A DNA stretch of 61,503 nt, filler included, from Dugesia japonica (taxonomy: Eukaryota), in the NCBI GenBank assembly GCA_001938525.1. It is 5 parts of 5 records of this genome, joined end to end, with 100 filler letters (N's around TTAATTAATTAA, not from the genome) between each part and the next. Parts side by side here need not be neighbours in the genome. Positions count along the whole stretch, not along the records: positions 1 to 22,411 come from MQRL01633926.1; 4 more parts are not named here. One strand, 5' to 3'. Below are positions 1 to 10,930 of the stretch, in pieces (the stretch's first letter is position 1; every line of letters begins with the position of its first letter). Position numbers and translations under genes: made by a program. The notes beneath the pieces are model-generated. The model was not told the DNA's origin. It saw only the letters and a list, made by a program, of their open reading frames with translations, and made no database searches.

Positions 1-60
1 AATAAGACAATTAAATAAACACGAAATTTTAAATTAACTACAATTACAACACGGTGGAAA

Positions 61-477
61 TCACAAGTCTCCCCCGGTAACATTCTCGTCATTGGCGTTA
101 CCCAGGGACTTACGCACACTCCATAAGTTATTTTGTACAAAGGACGAAAGGTATTCGTAGGAGGGTAGTTGAGTGGTGGCAAACCCGCACACCGTGGGGC
201 TCTCCGACCATACTCGTTCGATTCGAGGCAACGGCGAGGAAGCAGTGTCAATGCGAGGAGATGGAGGATAGTATGGTCGATCTGGTATGGGGCCACGCCA
301 TTGATAGTATGCTTCTCGCTCGTCCGCATCCCAGCTGCGATATTCAGCGGCTAGTTNNNNNNNNNNNNNNNNNNNGTCTACCAACACCCCTGCATTTCGA
401 TTATGAGGATTGCGGTACTTTCGGAAGGTGGATAACCCGGTTCGAACATCAGTGGTTACAGTCCAGATATGATCCAT
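61..477 (-). CDS. LTR-borne small ORF family A (second tandem paralog), 138 aa, unknown function
   Basis: FRKYRNPHNRNAGVL...WDADEREAYYQWRGP...FVQNNLW aligns with 670-1074, 8119-8484 and 20682-21110. Acceptor ttcgttgtag lies 11 nt upstream of the ATG. Confidence 0.7.
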   Translation of the reverse strand: MDHIWTVTTDVRTGLSTFRKYRNPHNRNAGVLVDXXXXXXXLAAEYRSWDADEREAYYQWRGPIPDRPYYPPSPRIDTASSPLPRIERVWSESPTVCGFATTQLPSYEYLSSFVQNNLWSVRKSLGNANDENVTGGDL

Positions 478-669
478 GAGGACAAAATCTACAACGAAGA
501 TATGATAAATTCATTTTTATTTAAAAGGCAGTTCGTTGGAGATATAGGACTAACAAATCCCGAAAACAATCAGAATAACTTATAGAAACAAGTTTTTTAT
601 TAAATACTATAAACACAATTATGTTATGAGAACACACAGGTATCTAAGTCCATGAAGGTGGAAGAATAA

Positions 670-1074
670 TCATGCCAGAGGTTCAACATATTCAGCCGAA
701 CCACCACTTGTTCGTTTCGGGAGTTCCCACACATGATTGCCGACGTCGATTACGAAGGCGGTACTCCGTGACATGTGACCAGGTGGACATGGGATCAAGG
801 AGGGACCCTCTTGCCAATAGACAGTAACCTGACTTGTTACTAGATCGACTGTCGTGACGCGATGTAACACTTCGCGCCTCCTATCGGGACCGTCCCATTC
901 AAGATAAGCTCGACGTTCAGCAGTCGCCCACTCTCTCTCGTTTTCTGCGTCTACTGGAGATAGATTGGAATAGTCCTCCATGAGGCCGGCATTGCGGTCA
1001 TGGGGGTTACAATAACGCTTGAAAACGGTGCGTTGGCTAACTCGATCCCACAGTACTTCCCATTTGTAGTCCAT
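670..1074 (-). CDS. LTR-borne small ORF family A, 134 aa, unknown function
   Basis: Intact ORF MDYKWEV...FKRYCNPHDRNAGL...WATAERRAYLEWDGP. Acceptor tttttatag upstream, AATAAA at 596-601. Confidence 0.75.
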   Translation of the reverse strand: MDYKWEVLWDRVSQRTVFKRYCNPHDRNAGLMEDYSNLSPVDAENEREWATAERRAYLEWDGPDRRREVLHRVTTVDLVTSQVTVYWQEGPSLIPCPPGHMSRSTAFVIDVGNHVWELPKRTSGGSAEYVEPLA

Positions 1075-1280
1075 TATCTAATGCTATAAAAATAAAATAT
1101 AACTGATTAAAACGAATCACTTAACAACAGCAGTAAATGACAAAAAGAAAATAGGCAAGTAACACCCGAATGGCTTTATTTAAAAAAAAAGCATTTAAAC
1201 ATGATTGTCCGAAAATAGGATAAATGATTAGAGCCATTGATGATATTCGCGTGACTGGGGATTTGATCTAGAAAATGGAG

Positions 1281-1463
1281 CTATTCTTCATCTAAGTCTA
1301 CTTTATGTTCCAGGGGGAACATCTCGACGAAACACTGTAGGTCCGTTTCGTCGGGGTGTTCCACAGCCCCATTTGTCAGAAGATGTGCGATCAATTGTTT
1401 AGTCCTGGCCGACTGGCGTTGTTTCTTGATCCATCTCAGCATATTTCTTAGCCGGGCAGTCAT
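1281..1463 (-). CDS. LTR-borne small ORF family B, 60 aa, basic N-terminus and acidic tail
   Basis: KQLIAH...HPDETDLQCFVE...VDLDEE conserved in 4 copies. Acceptor ttcatttag 2 nt before the ATG, AATAAA at 1175-1180. Confidence 0.75.
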   Translation of the reverse strand: MTARLRNMLRWIKKQRQSARTKQLIAHLLTNGAVEHPDETDLQCFVEMFPLEHKVDLDEE

Positions 1464-3625
1464 GACTAAATGAAAATTGTATCAAGGAATTGTGACTCGA
1501 ATTTATAGGGCCTAGGTTGGGGTCTTACCGTTAGCGACTCTATTGGCTGTAACCTTAGGAAGAGGACGTTATTTGTGCAATATGTATAGCAATACTCATA
1601 GTGGCCCACAATACCACGCTACAATAAGAGCAGTACGGTTCATAATAATAATAACTACTTATACTAAGGATAGGCATTGAATTAAGAATCATAATGGTAC
1701 AGACACAAAAGTGGATGAACCCTTTATTCCCTTTGATTTGTTAATAATTCCACTGAATGCCAAACCCCATAGTTTCATTCAATTACTATAGGTACCAAAA
1801 GGAAGCATTTCAGCCGATGGTACAACTGTATTCACTATTATCACTAAGGAACCTATTTTAATGGATTATTTGGCGAGTCCAGATTCCGAAATGGTCGGGC
1901 TTTTATTTCGAGGAGATAATCAGTCGTATCTATTGCACTCGCCAATGAATCTTTATAATACAAAAAATATAGCAATTATTATAATAAAACCCAAAAGAAA
2001 ATTTAAAAGGAACAAGTTATTGGTTGCATTACCATGCCTACTACTCAAGGCCATGGCTAAATTACCAGTAAATCTATATTCATTAACTTCGCTAGTTGTT
2101 AGTGTGTTTAAGACAGTGTGTGTGGCTAAACTATCATGCCCGTTGACGTTGTTAACACACACCAGCAATATACAGCAATTCAGCTTATGATACTTCTAAT
2201 TTAAGTAAGAGAGGAAAATAAATTTTCTATCTTATGAAGTTATTTATTAAACGAGGCATTATCATCGAATTTCTATTTAAACTTAATGCAAAATAGGAAC
2301 ATCATTTAAAGTGTGCTGCTGATGGAATAATTAATCATATTGGATAAAATTGTTATTACCGTCCAAAAATTGGAAATTTCAAACAGCCTAAAAATGCCAG
2401 CGTTACTCATCAATATTGCAATGGACTTTATTTTATCGGATCGAATTTAATTGTCATGAGAGGCATTTATTATCGTGAGTTTTCTATTGAATTAAGATTA
2501 TCGTAAATGCCGTATAAATTTTAGGTCGGTTAATGTTTTTTACATCAAAATAAGTCCACGACCATTTTTAATTTGGCTGTCATTACCAGTAAGTTATTTG
2601 GTCTGGTCATTTCATTGGTAATTATTATGATAATGAAATAGAGTTACCTGGGTTGTTTGAAGTAAATTCTTTTCCGTTGGTAAATCTCGTTTAAAATTCT
2701 ATCGTCTTATCAGATAGGTGGTAGCAGTGGCTCAATATATGTTATATGAATATATTTGTAATGATTCCATACGAGTGTTTTCTTTTATATGCAAATTAAT
2801 CATTTAGTGGTATTAGATCAAATATCAGTGCTATACAATTACACGAATGATTTTAGTTAGTATTATTTAGATACCTATTTGATGTTTTATTAGACTAAAA
2901 TTCAAGGCGTCGTTTGTTAAAGATAGGAGAGTAATTGCTAAATTTCTTAAAGCATAATTCATAAACATAGAATTAGGTAATTGCATATGAGTGGTTCTGA
3001 TTAGAATTATGTATTCACATGTTCAAAGATTGCATCAACTAATATTGAATGTTGAATTTATGAAAGAGATAATTATAATTACTACATATATTTAAACGTA
3101 TTCCATAAACGGAGAAATAAATTATTATATATGAATAGTTTTGTTTAGAATTATCTATACACATAATAAAAATTTCATTGACCAAACTTAAAAGTTTATT
3201 TTATTAAATAGAGAATTATAATTATTAAATTCATTTAAGCATATTCCACACATATAGAAATAAATAATTACTTATTTTTATTTCCTCAAACGCAATTAAG
3301 TCGAGATGGATGAACTTGCCTCTTTTCTCTGCAACGGGTACTAATCAAATATGTTTCGTGAGGTTTCGAATGGAACACTTCCTGAGTTGAACTTCTTTAC
3401 TTATGGTTCTAAAAAATTAATTAATTCGTTTTCTTCAGCGATTATCCCACTTGTTGTGATTTTTCAATCAGTTGGCAACTTGTTGCGCGATAATTGATAA
3501 CCTAATAACTTTCTTCTCCTTAAACTGAACTAACAAAGTGTTTATAGATTTCCGTTAATTGTACGTAGGTTTGACGATTATAGTTTTGGTAATTGTTAAG
3601 TTTTTTCGTCTAAAACCGGGGTTCC

Positions 3626-3830
3626 TTATATATGATTTTCTGGACACCCCAACTAGGTTTAGATTTGCCGGTATTTTTAGAACGGCTCTTTTCTGATTCT
3701 ATTGGTGCTAGCACCGATTTTAATAATTTTTCTATGAATTTTAGTGCCATGATTGGCAGTTATTTTTAGGGGAGCACCTGACATCGGTGTCTTTGTTTTA
3801 TTTTTATTTTCTGACCACTGATTGGTAGAA
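3626..3830 (-). promoter_or_regulatory. Pol II promoter of LTR copy a (CCAAT boxes + TATATAA)
   Basis: AAAATCATATATAA preceded by three CCAAT boxes; same architecture at 10732-10930 and 17729-17936. Confidence 0.65.
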
Positions 3831-4655
3831 TCTTAGAATCCCTATCATACCCCTCTGGAAGGTGGTATGTTTTTTCTTTTTTGGGTCTGAATTGCACTCG
3901 GCCATTTTCTGCTCAATTTTTCTTATTTGCAAGCTTTCTGACGACCTGGTCCAGAGTTATCTGTAAAAAACAGATTTTCATCCAATTTTCATTGATTTTT
4001 TGCTTAAAATTAATTAATTTTTTTGTAGTAATTAATTATTTCTTATTATTGTTTTTCTGGTTGCTTCTTTTAAAATTATTAATAATTTTAATTGTTGATC
4101 AATAATGGGTTCCTTTCTTCTACACCTTCCTCACTGCATGTTCATTTCTTTTTATTACCACTTTAATGTACTTTATTTCTTTTCTTGATCTATTTTCTAC
4201 TTTATTGGGTGTTCCACCCCAACAGAATTATCGAGTTTCAGGGCTTTACTAATTAACTTTTTTGAATCCTGATTATCTTTTTCGCTTTCATCTTTGTCGT
4301 TTGCGATGCAATTACAACTCCTTCTTTTCTCCAGCTCAGCGTGTCTTTGTGGTAACCCATCTTCAGATTCTAATGCAATAAAGAAACGATAAAATTGCAT
4401 AATTAGAACTGTTGGGGTACCAACTGAGTTGGTGTTAGAAAAATGGTGGCCGGGGTAAAATCAGTCCTCAGAAGTCCCCTTCAAGAATTTACCTAATGTC
4501 CTTTATTAGTTTTTCGGTATAGAGCGGTTGACTTCCATCATTTATTTGAAGTACACACTTGTATACCTTTAATTTCGGGTTCATTATTTTTCCCTTGTTC
4601 TACTTATTAAATAAATTAACAATAAGTTAGACTTAGTTTTATTTTTCTTTATTAA

Positions 4656-5017
4656 CTACATGTATTTCAGAGCACCCGGGTCTAACCACTGGGTAGGCTC
4701 TACAGACTTAAAGTTAAAGGTGGCCTCGTCCTCCTCACTGTTCTAGCAAGTTCAAGTTTCCTGTTCAAGGCGGTTGGCCAAATCGGCAATGTATTGCTGA
4801 AGGAATTCGATTTTGTGTGTAAGAATTTGTTTGGTGTGTTCCCCAACTCGCTTTGCTTTTTAACGATGAGATCTAATTTTTTAATTAATCGGTTGCGCTG
4901 GGTGAGGTGGCGTAGAAGCGCTCGTTTTTTCCATCGTTTGATATGGCACTCAAGTAACAATTTCTGGCTAAGCCAGTGACAACTGCAAAGGCTGGTAGGA
5001 CAACAAATTCTAAGCAT
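4656..5017 (-). pseudogene. LTR ORF family C (coiled-coil plus W-rich C-terminus), frameshifted
   Basis: LIKKLDLIVKKQ.. then, after a frameshift, QYIADLANRLEQET*TC*NSEEDEATFNF..PTQWLDPGALKYM. AATAAA at 4648-4653. Confidence 0.75.
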
Positions 5018-5856
5018 TGCAAAGAAATAATCGAGAAATAAAATTACTTTAATTTTAATTTAGGCAAAATAACAGACGAAAATACACCAAGGTAAACAAA
5101 CACGAAAGATTCATCATAACAGAACACTTTATTTACATCAACAGGATTGTTGGGCTAGAACACATACGCCCGGCAACAAAGCATATAAAAAGAGTGAAAG
5201 TAAATAAGAAAAAAATGAAAATTGAGAAAAATATGTAGAGAAATAAGCAATGCTGGGCCAGAGAATTAATTATTATTATTTGTATTATTCTTATTGTCTT
5301 CATTATATAATTATTATAATAAAAAGAAAATTGGGCATAGAGGATCTATATTTGAAATGCAAAAATTTTGTAATTTATTTATGAGATGAATATTATTAAN
5401 AAATATATACTAAGAATAATAATACTATACTATAATATAAATAAAGAGGTCTCTACGACCTTATTTTATTACTATAATAAAGAGAAAATTTTCTTTTAAT
5501 ATTATTTTTATTATAATTTTTGTTGTTATTTTGTTAATTAACGAAAATTTATCTACTGGTTTTTCCAAATGCTGAATCAGCAAAATTCAGCTGAATTCAG
5601 ACAAAACAGATAAAGCTATTTTTACTTGATGACCTGAATTTGGANNNTCCNAATTCAGTNTCAATCANTCCTGCATACAGACACAAAACGAAGATGTNCA
5701 GAGAAGAGANAGCNCNCGTAACGAGAATAAAGTAACTCCTAATCAAAACGCTAGATTTTAAAATTCTCGACGAGATATAATCAAAATGAAAGGAAATAAT
5801 CGACACTTCTTTTTTTACGAAACCACTTTAATCACAAAAACTTGTATTAGTTCGAT

Positions 5857-6138
5857 TTGTTCAACAGAATTAGTACAGCAGGAAAAGTTTCGGCAGAGCT
5901 AAAAGAAAATTTTTACATCATCAAACAATTTACCGGAGAAAAACCAAATTTGAGATTTAGAGTAATTTTAAATTTTTTAGCTTTTAATAACCTATTAATC
6001 CGAGTGACATCCTCCAAAAAGAACGACCGTGGTCCTGATGGAACACGTACAACTTATTACAGAGACTTAAATGAAAAATATCATTGTACTGACGATCGTG
6101 TTCCAACAGCATCAACTTTAAAACAGATCGAGAAATAA
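5857..6138 (+). CDS. Small unknown ORF (family F) inside the nested LTR; true start uncertain
   Basis: C-terminal DG..YHCTD..TLKQI resembles a paralog at 7252-7452. Confidence 0.4.
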   Translation: MFNRISTAGKVSAELKENFYIIKQFTGEKPNLRFRVILNFLAFNNLLIRVTSSKKNDRGPDGTRTTYYRDLNEKYHCTDDRVPTASTLKQIEK

Positions 6139-6149
6139 AATGTGCCGAG

Positions 6150-6760
6150 TTTAAAACTTAGAGTGTATGAAAGTTTAAACCGATTGAAAATTAAAATGAA
6201 GTAACTTTGAATCTGACCAAGAGTTAAAAAGTGCTGATGTTAGAGCAATCGAGAGTAAGAATTATTGAAGTTGAAATGCCGGTCAAATCAACGAGAATAA
6301 AACGCAGTAATATAGTTGAAATGATCTTAATTAAAATACTATTATAGATAATAAAATTGAAATGATCCAAATTAGAAGGATGTTTGAGATCATAAAGTTG
6401 AAATGTTAATCGAAATACTAAACTCAAACGGCTAGTCGAAATATGTTACGTGAAAATGTGGTTCGAGAAATGAAGTGGTAATGATTAAAGATAAAATGTC
6501 ATCCGAGCTAAAAAAATGAAATAATCAAAGTTAAAATATTGTTCGAGATGAAGAAGTTGAAATGTTTGAAGTTCAAATGCTATTCGAGATAAAACAGTGA
6601 AATGATTAAAGTTAAAATGACGTACGAGAGAAGATCGTCAAATGTTCGAAGTTAAAGGTTGATCGAGATTAAAGTTGACCTGTTATGCGGGTTAATAAAG
6701 TTAGAATGTTAGTTGAGATTAATAACATATCTGGTAATAAAATGTTGTGGGACATTGAGA
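6150..6760 (+). repeat. Degenerate ~40-bp tandem repeat inside the nested LTR
   Basis: Recurring GTTAAAATG..TCGAGA..GAAATG units with 40-41 bp period. Confidence 0.7.
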
Positions 6761-7251
6761 AAATATCTAAACGGAGAATGTGGTAAGTGAGATAATTACA
6801 TGTCGGGAGCTTGAATATGATTCTCGGAAATTAAATAATGAGGAGAGATCTGTTTTAATGTTCCTCAGTAACATGTTCCTTTCTTGGTTNNNNNNNNNNN
6901 NNNNNNNNNNNNNNNNNNNNNNNNNNNNNNNNNNNNNNNAAATCTGATAATAAACTTATTAAGATCATATGATATTTTAATTAATTTTGTTTATTGAAGT
7001 AAATAATCATTAACCAACTAATCAATTCAGTTTAATTTTATCGTAAAGTAAAAGTCGTTAAGATCTCAGTGAAATAGAGACGTCATGTTGTACAACTTTC
7101 ATATGATCATTACATCTAAGTTGTATTCGGAAAGCTATCATCGAACATGTAGATATAAATAAATAGTTATTGCTGTTGAGAGAGTATTATTGTGTTTTAG
7201 TTTTGTATTATCAATTTCATTGTTTGTATAAGCTGTGATAATAAGAATTGA

Positions 7252-7452
7252 GATGGTAGAAGTACTGAGCAGAGTATAAAAATCAAGTATCAGGATAGAG
7301 AATTTCATTGTAAAGACGCGATGCCACATAGTCGCACAAGAACTCTGAAACAGATAGGCATGGTACAGAGGTACCATCAACGCTTGTGGTTTTTCGGTAT
7401 GCCCCTGGACATCGTAGTGAGAAATATAAATTATGAGTACAAGAACAACTAA
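7252..7452 (+). pseudogene. Family F paralog fragment inside the nested LTR
   Basis: DGRSTEQ..EFHCKDAMPHSRTRTLKQIG..; open 66 codons after an in-frame TGA. Confidence 0.4.
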
Positions 7453-7535
7453 TGATAAAATCAATTCAAACAACAAAATAAAATTTAAACTGTCATTTAA
7501 AAATTCCTAAAAACCCAACAGGATGTTACGTCAGG

Positions 7536-7891
7536 TTAAGGACAAGAAGTCTGCTTTGATTTATTAGTCATCAACGGCTCTAAAGGCATTCTCCTTAATT
7601 CGAGGAGATCGTTGACTAGTTTATTCTCACGGTCATGAAGGGACCGGATGATCTATTTAAATGATTCTATTTGACTTTTCCACAGTCTTTTCTGTGCATG
7701 GGACGCTTCGGCTTCCTTATGAAACGCGATGCATTTATTTTTATATCGCTTGACCTTACTTTCAGCAGCGACTGTATCGGCCTCCCAACGACGTTTAGCG
7801 AGACTGTAGACATCTTATGTCATGTTTATATTCTCGCTGTTTTCTCGCACCTGTTTCGTTGGTGCATTAGAGTGATGGAGTGAGAAGTGCA
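7536..7891 (-). pseudogene. LTR ORF family D (helical, ~118 aa), begins TG directly after the acceptor
   Basis: ttctctttgtag|TG CAC.. HFSLHHSNAP..YSLAKRRWEAD..ENKLV..NKSKQTSCP; homologous to 21259-21616; two internal stops. Confidence 0.75.
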
Positions 7892-8118
7892 CTACAAAGA
7901 GAAATTAATTTAATATTACTTTTATCTACTAGAATTATTAATAGATAACAGGGTTCAAATGAAATCTATTACACGTGATCAAGAACGAGTATAGGACTAG
8001 CATATAGCCTAGTAAACTGATACATAGTTGAGAAGAAAATGAACACTCAATTCAGAATGAATGTGATTTATTAACATCAAAATAAAAGAAAATAATCAGT
8101 GAAAAACAGCAATTACAC

Positions 8119-8484
8119 TCAGATTTCATGATAAACAGAAGAGTCAGTGTTTTCCGAGCCACCTCCACTTTCCATATTCCGGACATTCCATAACGTATTA
8201 CTTATGAATTCGCTTAGCCCTGAGAAGGAAGGTAGATGAGATGTAGTAATTGGAATGATGCAAGGGCCTTCCCATCACTCACTAGGGGTACGAAAATCAG
8301 CATTATTGACTGGGTGCTCCGTTGTAGTGGTATGGTATGTTTCACGGGCTCGATTGGAGCCGGTCCAATCATAATAAGCCTGGCGCTCGGTGGCGTCCCA
8401 ATGCCTTTTTTTATGGGTTTTTGTACTGTTTAAAGATCATATTTCTGGTCCTACGGTCCAGTAACATCTCCCATTTATATTCCA
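8119..8484 (-). pseudogene. LTR ORF family A, begins TG after the acceptor; internal deletion and stops
   Basis: tttgcag|TG GAA TAT AAA TGG = (M)EYKW; WDATERQAYYDWTG..*WEGP..FISNTLW; AATAAA at 8067-8072. Confidence 0.75.
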
Positions 8485-8640
8485 CTGCAAACTATAAATA
8501 GAAATATAAGCATATAATAAGAAACAATTTGATTTGAAGAATTTATTCTACCCATAATAAAATCTGTAAGGTATGACAATGAAATTAACAGAAATAGGAT
8601 ATAAATAAATAACAATGAGATTGGTCATAGAATTTATTGT

Positions 8641-8847
8641 TTAAAAGAGAAAACAACGGTAGTACGAGGTGTCGTCCAAATCCACTGATCATGGAATAGG
8701 GTATAATTCCACGAAACATTGGAGATCCGTTTCATCCGGACGTAGGATAAGAGTTCGGGCTAAAATGTGCCCAATTAGCTGTTTCCCATGAACCCTTTTT
8801 CTCTCGTGTCGATTTAGCCTTAAGATCCTCGGTAAAATGTCGGACAT
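8641..8847 (-). pseudogene. LTR ORF family B with one internal TGA
   Basis: MSDILPRILR..KQLIGHIL..RPDETDLQCFVELYPIP*SVDLDD; AATAAA at 8633-8638. Confidence 0.75.
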
Positions 8848-10384
8848 TTACAATAATGAGTCAAAGTTCTAGTTATAATAACCTTTTAATTTCCCAGAAC
8901 CTGTATTACCATAAAAATAATACTGTTGATACTGATTTTGTAATGAGAACTGATGTAATTATTTTAACCTTCGAGGGATCAAAGAAGAAATTTATCAATT
9001 TTGGATAATGGTACCGTTTCAGGCAATAATAACAAAATCAATCACGAGTACAGATGATTTTAATAGTGATACAAACATTAATCCCCTTGACAATACTACC
9101 GTCATCATTAGGCTATCAATGGTCCTCGAGATTTTATTAATAATAATTTTGCTTAATATTTCAACCATTTTAGCTGATGAGTAACGGAAGTGGAAACACA
9201 TTTTGGTGCTTGTGCTATTATTAAAACTGATTTTAATATTAATTATCGTGCTTGTGATGGAGTAATGTCGGGAATTATAATCATAGTTTATGCCAAAAAT
9301 AGTGACACCGTTACTAGTTCCGTAATGAACTAAGAATGGTAGTTCCAATGATAACAGGTGCGGGGATAGTCACCATAAAACTAGTCACCGACATTAACTG
9401 GCCATGATAATGATAGGGAAATGGTTCCACTCCATTTTCGCAAGAAAATTTGGCGACTCAATCAATGTTACAATTGTTGCCGTCTATAATAATCCAATCA
9501 CTATTACTCACAACCATAATGATAATAAAATAACAACGCTAATAACATAATTAAAATACATAATTAAAATATTTTGATGTTAATAAATCACATTCATTCT
9601 TAATTGAGTGTTCATTTTCTTCTCAACTATGTATCAGTTAACGTGGATATCCTTTCAGTATTAATGCTACTAGTAGTTATGAGATAGTGGCAGTCACAAA
9701 ATCACCAATAATGATAATCAAACTAATCATGTCGACTCTAAAAACATGTTTTAATTGTGCCTACTCCGTGCTAAAATATATCGATGATGAGATGGCTTAG
9801 TGTAGTAATGTTGAAATAACTCCATATTATGCGGTCAACCTGAGTTACTCTGCTGAGGTGAACTTAATCATTAATGTACCAGTTATGAGCCAATATAACT
9901 AAATAAGCAGTAAATTGGAGAAAACGCTCATTTAATGAATTACACTAAGATTATTAATTTGCTACTATATGTGACTGACCAAATAAAACATAATTGAATT
10001 CTAATTGATGAGTGGGTGTGTTCATACGTGGCCTGAAATAATAAGACAGCTGTTAATCATTCATCAATCGCGAAAACTCGTGGAACTAGACATCGCAATT
10101 TTATTCAAGCGTAATGCGTTCTGATGGGCAATGTGAATTATGGCTATTATTGTCAGATTCTACACTTATAATGGTTCGATAACATCATGAATGTGATAAA
10201 TTTGACTAATATTTGGTCATCGCTTTATTCACGGAAAATGGCAGTGTATATGGCATTTAGTTACTAAAAATAGAAAACATTTTATAAATCTTTTTCAGAA
10301 ATAAATTTTATGGATTAAATAATTTATTAATTATTAACTTGAATTTCAACATATAACATACATAATTGAAAAATAAAAATTCTT

Positions 10385-10930
10385 ACTCACTATTAAAATA
10401 AAACTGAAGTAGCTGCAACGGGTTTTCTGGATAATTTCCTAGTTAGAAACAAGTATCCGAATTAAATGATATTGAGAATTGCTTCCTTGAATTTAAAAGT
10501 AAATTTTGATTAAGTTGTAGGGAGTATTACTTTATTTTTCTGTTTCCCAACTATTGTTGTGATTTCACTCGTAGATATGCCGTAAATCCGTAATTAATAT
10601 CTATGAAATTTGTGCTTGAATGGTGGCGCTCGCAATGACAATTTTAATAGTCAATTTTTTTTAAAATAGTAATAGCTGTGATAGCCAAATTTAATTCAAA
10701 ATTGAGGTAATTTCATCTAAAATTTGGTGGGTTTATATATGATTTTTCCAACCCGATTTTTTTCGTATTGCTTGCCTATTTTTGTTTCTAATTTCTTGAT
10801 TTACATTGGTTCTGGTGCCAAATTTTTGATTTTTTCTAAGAATTTTTGATCTACTATTGGTGCCTATTTTTGGAGCACCTTGTGATTCTTGTTTCTTTAT
10901 TTCACGTTTCTTTTCTGGCCTCTGATTGGC
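10385..10930 (-). promoter_or_regulatory. Promoter, leader exon and splice donor of LTR copy b
   Basis: CCAAT boxes, TATATAAA 10732-10739, CCGTTGCAG 10413-10421, exon-final A then GTGAGT 10390-10385. Confidence 0.65.

Larger units (their letters stand above)
1..4224 (-). mobile_element. Giant LTR-like unit, copy a (5' end at 4224, runs off window start)
   Basis: Starts TGTTGGGGTGGAACACCC on the minus strand. Same order of CCAAT boxes, TATA (3626-3632), CCGTTGCAG leader motif (3329-3337), donor (~3271) and ORFs B, A, A' as the other copies. Confidence 0.8.
5148..7520 (+). mobile_element. Nested 2.37-kb solo LTR of a related family
   Basis: TGTTGGG...CCCAACA ends with a perfect 4-bp TSD GGAT (5144-5147 / 7521-7524). 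Inserted between the stop codon of ORF D and its AATAAA. Confidence 0.85.
8015..9639. repeat. 70-bp inverted repeat pair (8015-8084 / 9570-9639)
   Basis: One mismatch in 70 bp; the arm includes the polyA-signal region of ORF A. Confidence 0.85.

Noticed and set aside
4225-4409. Spacer between copies a and b as PBS/PPT or mini internal region
   Set aside because: No TGG-type PBS or purine tract; the probable TSD makes copy b a solo insertion into pre-existing DNA.
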